DNA of 52,032 nucleotides from a virus (Duplodnaviria; Heunggongvirae; Uroviricota; Caudoviricetes): IMG/VR virus record IMGVR_UViG_3300035698_013589, positions 1 to 52,032 of that record; one strand, 5' to 3'. Shown piece by piece: positions 39,237 to 45,669 of this stretch (position 1 is its first letter; each line of letters starts with the position of its first letter). The notes under the pieces were generated by a model. It saw only the letters and a program-made list of their open reading frames with translations, ran no database searches and was not told where the DNA came from. The position numbers and the translations under genes were made by a program.

Positions 39237-40847
39237 ATGAAAGCATGGTATGAATATAATATTAAGGATAGATATGAGAAAGTTCATCAACAATTCTCTC
39301 TAAAGGATTTTTGGGATTGGTGGTCTGATGGTGAAGACCTCTATATGGAAGTTAGAGTTAAGAACTATGCCATGATGAAACAATACTCTGATGCATTCCA
39401 TGTGCCAATGGCCGCAAGTGGTTTATTCATACATGAAGCTTGGCAACTTGAAAAGATTGTTAAACATTTCAGAAGGAAATCTACAATCTGGTTTGGTATT
39501 AATCCTAAACGAAAAGTTGCAGGAAGAGAAGGATACGCAAAATTCAGTGGAAAAGATATTAATATTTCTAAGATAAAATTTCTATTTATAGATATTGATA
39601 GAGTTATAAAAGATGGTCCAGCTACAAATGAAGATTTAATGAATGCTGATTTCTTAGCTGAGAAAATCCTTGATGAATTAAGGAATGGTGGTTTTGGAAA
39701 GAACCATTGTAAAATTTGTTCAGGTAATGGTGTTCAGTTATTAATTAAACTTGATGTCCCAGTTGAAGTTCCAACACCTGATTATGATAAAGATAATAAT
39801 GTTCATGTAGAAACAACAATGTTTAAGGAAGTCAAATCTATAATTCATACAGGAATAGGAAAAATACTACCATTATTTTCAAAGAAATTTAGAGACCAGT
39901 ATAATGTTGAAGTAGATGATAAGTGTTTCAACATGGGAAGAGTTGGTGCATTACCATATAGTTTCAATCTTAAATATGAAAAACCAGTACCAAGAGGAAT
40001 CGTTGAACTCAAAAATGATGGTAAGAATGAAGGATTCTCTGATTATTTAAGAAACATATATCTATCTTCAGAAGTTAAGACAGCAGTTAAAAAGAACTTC
40101 AAACAACAAACAGACCTTATTCTTTCAAAAGAATATAAAATGAAGAAGAATGAACTTGATAAGAATGTGATTGTTGATTTAATGATGAACTTCAAGTTCC
40201 TTGACGGTGGAATAAATAACACATTATGGTATGGTGTTAAATTATTATTGCATAGTAATGGGATTGATAACAAAGACCCAAGTTATGTTAATGTTCATTT
40301 AAGATTAAAACAAATACATAACAGAGATTTTTCAGAAAATGGTCTTGAGACCATGTTCAAAGATAATTATAATGGACCATTCAAAGAAGGAGATTTAAAT
40401 ATAGTTCCTTTGATGGTAAACAAATATCTTAGGTTGCATAAGATTCAAAAAATATCAACAGGTAAGACAGGATTACACAAACCAATCTTTCCTATATCAC
40501 CAAGAGGAAAAAAGAAAGAGGATGTTATAATTGATATAACTCCAAAAGTATTAAAACTCAAACCTACAGAAACATACGATTTGATTCCAATAAAAGAAGA
40601 CCCATTGAAAGACTTGAGCACATTTTCTTCATTGATGTATAAACACAGAAGAGGAGAAAGTATCCCTGAGAGTTTTAAGAAGAGTAGATATGAACTTACA
40701 GATATAGGAAAAGTCATGCTTAAAAGAAAACTTTCAGAATACTTTTGTGCATTCATTCATTCATTCAAAGCAAAATGGGGCGATGAAACAACAGCATATA
40801 TTATGAGATATTATATGCAGGATTATTTAAATTATAGGAGATGGTAA
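39237..40847 (+). CDS. Archaeo-eukaryotic primase/primase-polymerase
   Basis: FIDID (motif I), SGNGVQ (motif II, Q in place of H), RVGALPYSFN (motif III); helical C-terminal domain; ATG 39237 after an AGGTGA RBS. Confidence 0.75.
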   Translation: MKAWYEYNIKDRYEKVHQQFSLKDFWDWWSDGEDLYMEVRVKNYAMMKQYSDAFHVPMAASGLFIHEAWQLEKIVKHFRRKSTIWFGINPKRKVAGREGYAKFSGKDINISKIKFLFIDIDRVIKDGPATNEDLMNADFLAEKILDELRNGGFGKNHCKICSGNGVQLLIKLDVPVEVPTPDYDKDNNVHVETTMFKEVKSIIHTGIGKILPLFSKKFRDQYNVEVDDKCFNMGRVGALPYSFNLKYEKPVPRGIVELKNDGKNEGFSDYLRNIYLSSEVKTAVKKNFKQQTDLILSKEYKMKKNELDKNVIVDLMMNFKFLDGGINNTLWYGVKLLLHSNGIDNKDPSYVNVHLRLKQIHNRDFSENGLETMFKDNYNGPFKEGDLNIVPLMVNKYLRLHKIQKISTGKTGLHKPIFPISPRGKKKEDVIIDITPKVLKLKPTETYDLIPIKEDPLKDLSTFSSLMYKHRRGESIPESFKKSRYELTDIGKVMLKRKLSEYFCAFIHSFKAKWGDETTAYIMRYYMQDYLNYRRW

Positions 40848-40851
40848 GCTG

Positions 40852-41313
40852 ATGAGGATAGGCATTTTTATTGATGGTATTACATTATTCCATGGATTGG
40901 AAGGAAAACGATTTCATTTCGGAGAGTTTAGAGAATGGCTCAAAGATGGAAACGAAGATGGTTTTGCAGGTTATTTCAACTGCGTAGATAATCCAGGAAC
41001 CAAAAAACTGTTTTTTATTCACGTTCACAAATCAGGCTTTCAAGTATTCATAAGAGCACCAAAATATGATTTCATTGAAAGGAAACTTGATGTGACCGAT
41101 ATGAATATTGAACTGACAGCAGAAGCTATGAGTCATATAGATAAGTATGATAAATTCATATTGATTAGTGGGAAGCATGATTTTCTTCCTTTGTGTGAAA
41201 AGATAACTCAGAAAGGAAAAGAAGTGGAGATTGTTGGATTCAAAAACAATATTAATACAGCATTCAATAAATATCCATTAAGGTATGTTGAGGATTTCTT
41301 GGAAAAGACATAA
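40852..41313 (+). CDS. NYN/LabA (PIN-fold) protein with degenerate active site
   Basis: IFIDG...DMNI...FILISGKHDFLPL...GKEVEIVGF. Confidence 0.8.
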   Translation: MRIGIFIDGITLFHGLEGKRFHFGEFREWLKDGNEDGFAGYFNCVDNPGTKKLFFIHVHKSGFQVFIRAPKYDFIERKLDVTDMNIELTAEAMSHIDKYDKFILISGKHDFLPLCEKITQKGKEVEIVGFKNNINTAFNKYPLRYVEDFLEKT

Positions 41314-41345
41314 CTATTAAATATCATTAATACCACAGAATTTCC

Positions 41346-41789
41346 ATGAGCGATTGGCGTGGGCATTTAAAGGTAGGATTAACTTTCCAAATTACAACAC
41401 TATTAATAATCGCAGGAGCTTATCTGTATCTTAAAAAAACTCCTGATATTATTGAGATTATATTTTTATTACCAGTGTTGATGCTTTCACCTTTACTTCC
41501 TGATATTGACCATCAAAGTTCTAAGATTACATTATTCTTTAATCTGATAGGAGCAGTTAGCCTTTGGCTCACATATTTCTTATTTCCTGAGTATATGATT
41601 TATTCAATCATATTCATATCGTTTGTTGTGATTTTTTCACAATTCGTTCCGCATAGAGGCATCACACATAAATGGTGGTTTATTCTATTAATCCATACAA
41701 TATTTGCAGTAGTTACATCATACTATGCATTAAGTATAATATCATTCTCAGGAATGATTTCTCATTTGGTGGCAGACAACATTAAATAA
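41346..41789 (+). CDS. YdjM-like metal-dependent membrane hydrolase
   Basis: GH, LPDIDH, HRGITH and SHLVAD motifs with 4 TM segments. Confidence 0.85.
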   Translation: MSDWRGHLKVGLTFQITTLLIIAGAYLYLKKTPDIIEIIFLLPVLMLSPLLPDIDHQSSKITLFFNLIGAVSLWLTYFLFPEYMIYSIIFISFVVIFSQFVPHRGITHKWWFILLIHTIFAVVTSYYALSIISFSGMISHLVADNIK

Positions 41790-41790
41790 A

Positions 41791-41826
41791 AAATAGATAT
41801 ATAAATGAGATAGTTCATTTATATCT
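41791..41826 (+). promoter_or_regulatory. Late-type promoter of the 1146-aa effector gene
   Basis: AAATAGATATATAAATGAG matches the structural promoter at 18/19 nt; same IR-N10-IR layout as 17688-17717. Confidence 0.65.
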
Positions 41827-41829
41827 TAT

Positions 41830-44800
41830 ATGGTAAGGACAAAATTTAAAATGAAACCATTTCAGAGCCCGCAGAAAGCTATGCAAAAGCTAATGAAATC
41901 TGTGACTTCTACATCTTTACCTAAATATACATCCAGAGCAATGTTCAAAGGCCCTGGTTCTAAGATGCTTAATCAATTTAATATGAAGAATTTTGGTGGA
42001 AAAAATGATATGGACTTTGATGGTGTTTTTAACAATTTTGATTGCAGTCCGAAGAATCCAATGAGGCAAGATTTCACACCTTTTAGTAATAGTCAAGCAG
42101 CTGCAAAAATATCTGCAGCTAAACGATTTGGTGGTAAGAATCTTTCAAGACTTAAACAAATTGGCCAAGGAAGAGATAGGACAGTATATGCATTAGATAA
42201 AGATAAAGTAATAAAGATAGCTAAGAATCCAGGAGGGCTAACCCAGAATACATCTGAGAGTCAATTAGATTGGCCTACAGGACAGATAAAACATTATGAG
42301 ACAGGATTAGATTATGCAGTAATGGAACGTGCACAACCTCCAGGAAAGGCTACTACACAAATGCTCAGACATTTAAAGAAAGCAAGGGATGAAGCTGGCG
42401 GATATAATAAGCATCCAGATGCAGAACGTGCAGACTTCTTCAATTCTCCTCACTTTGATAAAACGCCAATAGACCCAACAGATTTCTCAAGTCATAGTGT
42501 AAATCCATCAGAGTTTACAGCTAAACGACAATGGGGTGAAAAGAATGGTCAACCAGTTTTAATTGATGGTGGAGCATTATCTGATGGTCAAGATTTACGA
42601 AGACATAGAATCAAACATTTTCAACAAGTAGCAAATATTGATAAATCTCAAGCTCCTCCATGGCAACTTGAAGAATGGCAAGAAGTTCAGAACCAAAGGA
42701 AAATATACAGAGACAAAGGTAGTGATAAAAAAGCATACCCCCAAACAACGACTAGATACGACGCAATGGCTGACTTCTTTAATAGTGATGACCAACTGAA
42801 AGGATATGAACCAGATGCAAGTGTTATGGAGGAGTTCTCTTCTCATCCAACTCAAAAGCGAGGTAGACTGAATGTTGGGCGTTGCCATGATGCTGCCGCA
42901 TGTATTGTAAGTGACGCATTTAACAAAGGTGTGCCTCTGAGCGATATTGAAGTTGTTGGTGTGCAGACTCCAAATCCAAAGAAAGAGGGTAATATTTATT
43001 CTAATCATATGGTCGCAAAAGTTCAGGGTAAATACATAGACCCAACCAAAACACAATTTGGTTATGATAATATAGTTTCAGATGAGTTGGACAAACATTA
43101 TGTTAATCCAAGGATTCAGAATAAAAAAGCATTTGTTAAAATGCCTTTAGATGAAGCATGGGAAAGAAGAAAGAAATGGGCTGGACCTGCTGGTATGAAA
43201 CCTAAACGTGAACAATACACAATGGACAGAATTGAGAAGTCGATTGATGATGGAACCATAGACCCAATAGAAGTTGACTATGAAGATTATAGAAAAGGTT
43301 ATTTGACTGATGGAAAACACAGACTAAATATATACAAAGACAAGGGATATAAAGAAGTTGATGTACAAATAAGAAACTTTCCAGAAACAAAATATTCAAT
43401 TAAATCAAAAAAAGAACCATCATCTTATAATGATGATATAATGATTAACAGATTTGAAACACCTGGTGGCAAGTTAGAGATAACTGAATATGAAGATAAT
43501 ACTGGAGCTGTGTCAAGACTTCATGTAGATGAAGATTATAGAAGACAAGGTATAGCGACAAATCTTTTAAATGAAGCAAAAGGTAAATATAAGAAAGTTC
43601 ATGCACAAGTTAGTAATATTCCTTCAGTTAAAACACATTTTAAAGCAGGGTTCAGGTTAGATGATAATCCTTATGCAACAGAAGAAGAATCTATTGAAGC
43701 ATACAAAAAAGCATCAACAGGCCCAGGTAGTATAGGAATGCAATATGAAAAAGGAGCTTCTTTAGAAAAACAACAAGAGTGGGCAAACAAATCACAATCA
43801 GATAGAACACAAGAAAGAGAATCAAAACCAGATAGAGATGGAGATAGAGTTCCAGATGAATATGATTGTGAACCTGATAATGTTATGGAGCAAGGCGCAT
43901 GGATGAAGAAGTATATTAATAAGAATATAAAAATCACAGATGATAGATATGCAGAATCAGTCCATGATGATATGAAAGACCTTTCTTCAATAACCACAAC
44001 ACGAAAAAAGGTAATAAGAAGTTTAGAAAAAAACCCAGCATTGAGAAATACTTTAATACAGGGTGGCATCAAAAAAATAAAGATAACAGATAGAGGAGAT
44101 GAATTTCAACATGGTTCATTTAATATTGATGATGGTGCTGATGAAATAGAACTTAGAGGAACTACTAGACCAGTATTAGATTTTAGTGGAGCAATATCAA
44201 TAAACAAATTAGGAAATGATGTTGGTATGAAATTTAATAAAATGCCAAAAAAGTTAGTCGAGCCAACAACAAAAGCCTTTATGACATATGGAAATGAAGG
44301 TTATGATGATACTGTTTCTAAATATTCAGAAAAAGAAAGAGAAAAAATAAAACACCAGGTTAGAAGAATGAGAACTGGTGCAGGGTTTGGACTTATAGCA
44401 ATGCCTCCAGATGTAGAAACAACATTAGGGCATGAAGCAGGGCATGTTGTTCAATATAAAGAAGGACTAGCAAAACCAAACGAAGAAAGAGATGTATATG
44501 AATACGCTGATTTAGAATATGATGTTGAACATAGGACAAGAGTTCCAACACTTAAAGAGTTAAAACAATCAGGAGATTTTAGAGGGTATGACGCTAACAC
44601 ACATGCAGAATATAAAAAGGCTTCTTTAAAAAAACAGCAAGAGTGGGCAAACAAATCTGATTCAGAAAAAGCTCATGAACGAGCTGAAGGTCCAGATACA
44701 GATGGTGATAAAGTTCCTGATGAATATGATTGTGAACCTGATAATACTATGAGACAAGATATTGTATATCATGGCACAACACCAATGGGCGCAATGCAAA

Positions 44801-45270
44801 TTAAGAAGAAAGGTATCTTAACAAGCAATGAACTTAAAGCTGCAGGAGAACCTTATCATACTTTAAGTGATAAGACAAGACCTGATAAAACATATTTCTT
44901 CAAAGACAAATCAAGAGCAGAATCATGGGCTGAAGTCGCTACACAAAATTCAATGTTTCCTAATGCTAAACCAACAGTAGTTGTTGCAGATGTTCCTGGA
45001 GATGAACTATTCCCAGATGTGGAAATGGAAACAGGTGGAGCATTTTTTAAAGAAGGTGGTGTGAGACCTGACCAAATTATTAAGACTTATCCTGTTGAAG
45101 CTAAACATTCAGTAGAAGAAATGAGAGCTGTACAATTACAAATGAATCCAGAAAAAACTGGAGACTTTTTAACATCAAAAGATGGAAGGCCACAAATGGC
45201 AAACAGCGATGGTAAACCTTTAGTGAATTATAAAGGAGACCCAATATATGAGGGCGACTTACCAAAATGA
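41830..45270 (+). CDS. Polyvalent-like multi-effector protein (kinase-like, papain/transglutaminase-like, ParB, GNAT, HExxH peptidase, ART-like)
   Basis: IGQGRDRTVY/VIKIAK/VLIDGG; GRCHDAA...NHMVAKVQGKYIDPT; DPIEV...TDGKHRL; SRLHVDEDYRRQGIATNLL; LGHEAGH; IVYHGT...KTYF...VRPDQI. Confidence 0.8.
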   Translation: MVRTKFKMKPFQSPQKAMQKLMKSVTSTSLPKYTSRAMFKGPGSKMLNQFNMKNFGGKNDMDFDGVFNNFDCSPKNPMRQDFTPFSNSQAAAKISAAKRFGGKNLSRLKQIGQGRDRTVYALDKDKVIKIAKNPGGLTQNTSESQLDWPTGQIKHYETGLDYAVMERAQPPGKATTQMLRHLKKARDEAGGYNKHPDAERADFFNSPHFDKTPIDPTDFSSHSVNPSEFTAKRQWGEKNGQPVLIDGGALSDGQDLRRHRIKHFQQVANIDKSQAPPWQLEEWQEVQNQRKIYRDKGSDKKAYPQTTTRYDAMADFFNSDDQLKGYEPDASVMEEFSSHPTQKRGRLNVGRCHDAAACIVSDAFNKGVPLSDIEVVGVQTPNPKKEGNIYSNHMVAKVQGKYIDPTKTQFGYDNIVSDELDKHYVNPRIQNKKAFVKMPLDEAWERRKKWAGPAGMKPKREQYTMDRIEKSIDDGTIDPIEVDYEDYRKGYLTDGKHRLNIYKDKGYKEVDVQIRNFPETKYSIKSKKEPSSYNDDIMINRFETPGGKLEITEYEDNTGAVSRLHVDEDYRRQGIATNLLNEAKGKYKKVHAQVSNIPSVKTHFKAGFRLDDNPYATEEESIEAYKKASTGPGSIGMQYEKGASLEKQQEWANKSQSDRTQERESKPDRDGDRVPDEYDCEPDNVMEQGAWMKKYINKNIKITDDRYAESVHDDMKDLSSITTTRKKVIRSLEKNPALRNTLIQGGIKKIKITDRGDEFQHGSFNIDDGADEIELRGTTRPVLDFSGAISINKLGNDVGMKFNKMPKKLVEPTTKAFMTYGNEGYDDTVSKYSEKEREKIKHQVRRMRTGAGFGLIAMPPDVETTLGHEAGHVVQYKEGLAKPNEERDVYEYADLEYDVEHRTRVPTLKELKQSGDFRGYDANTHAEYKKASLKKQQEWANKSDSEKAHERAEGPDTDGDKVPDEYDCEPDNTMRQDIVYHGTTPMGAMQIKKKGILTSNELKAAGEPYHTLSDKTRPDKTYFFKDKSRAESWAEVATQNSMFPNAKPTVVVADVPGDELFPDVEMETGGAFFKEGGVRPDQIIKTYPVEAKHSVEEMRAVQLQMNPEKTGDFLTSKDGRPQMANSDGKPLVNYKGDPIYEGDLPK
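42007..42072 (+). repeat. Tag motif copy (DMDFDGVFNNFDCSPKNPMRQD)
   Basis: Precedes the kinase-like domain. Confidence 0.8.
43756..43896 (+). repeat. Tag motif copy (SLEKQQEWAN...DRDGDRVPDEYDCEPDNVMEQG)
   Basis: Between the GNAT and peptidase domains. Confidence 0.9.
44620..44760 (+). repeat. Tag motif copy (SLKKQQEWAN...DTDGDKVPDEYDCEPDNTMRQD)
   Basis: Ends three residues before the HGT of the ART-like domain (IVYHGT follows directly). Confidence 0.9.
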
Positions 45271-45341
45271 TGTGTCCCATATGTGGAATTTATTATGAAG
45301 GAAAATATTGTCCCGCATGCGGATATATAGACGGAGATTAA
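45267..45341 (+). CDS. 24-aa CPxCG zinc-ribbon microprotein
   Basis: Not in track; MMCPICGIYYEGKYCPACGYIDGD; ATGA overlap with the 1146-aa stop codon. Confidence 0.7.
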   Translation: MMCPICGIYYEGKYCPACGYIDGD

Positions 45342-45343
45342 AA

Positions 45344-45493
45344 ATGACAAAAGACAACTTACATATTACAGCAAGGAGTGTTATGAAAGACACTAAGGTA
45401 GATTTATTTTTCAAAAGCATTGAAGAAGCAGCATTTCACAATCCAGGATTAACTGATTTTGAAGTAAAAGGATTTGATAAATCAAAAAAATAA
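45344..45493 (+). CDS. Small hypothetical protein (49 aa)
   Basis: ATG 45344 after a GGAG RBS (track starts at 45308). Confidence 0.5.
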   Translation: MTKDNLHITARSVMKDTKVDLFFKSIEEAAFHNPGLTDFEVKGFDKSKK

Positions 45494-45503
45494 CGAGGTA
45501 AAA

Positions 45504-45623
45504 ATGACAGACCCACAAAAAATTATAGATAAAATGTTAGGAAAGGAAGAAGAAGAACCACCAGTTGAAGAAGTAAAACCAGAAGATACTTCTGAACATG
45601 ATGAGGATTGTGAGAAAAAATGA
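45504..45623 (+). CDS. 39-aa acidic peptide with an IIDKMLGK motif
   Basis: Not in track; GAGGT RBS; MTDPQKIIDKMLGKEEEEPP... Confidence 0.55.
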   Translation: MTDPQKIIDKMLGKEEEEPPVEEVKPEDTSEHDEDCEKK

Positions 45624-45669
45624 AACAACCAAGATTACTGTATATTGGTGTTAAAAGGAGAAGATAAAA

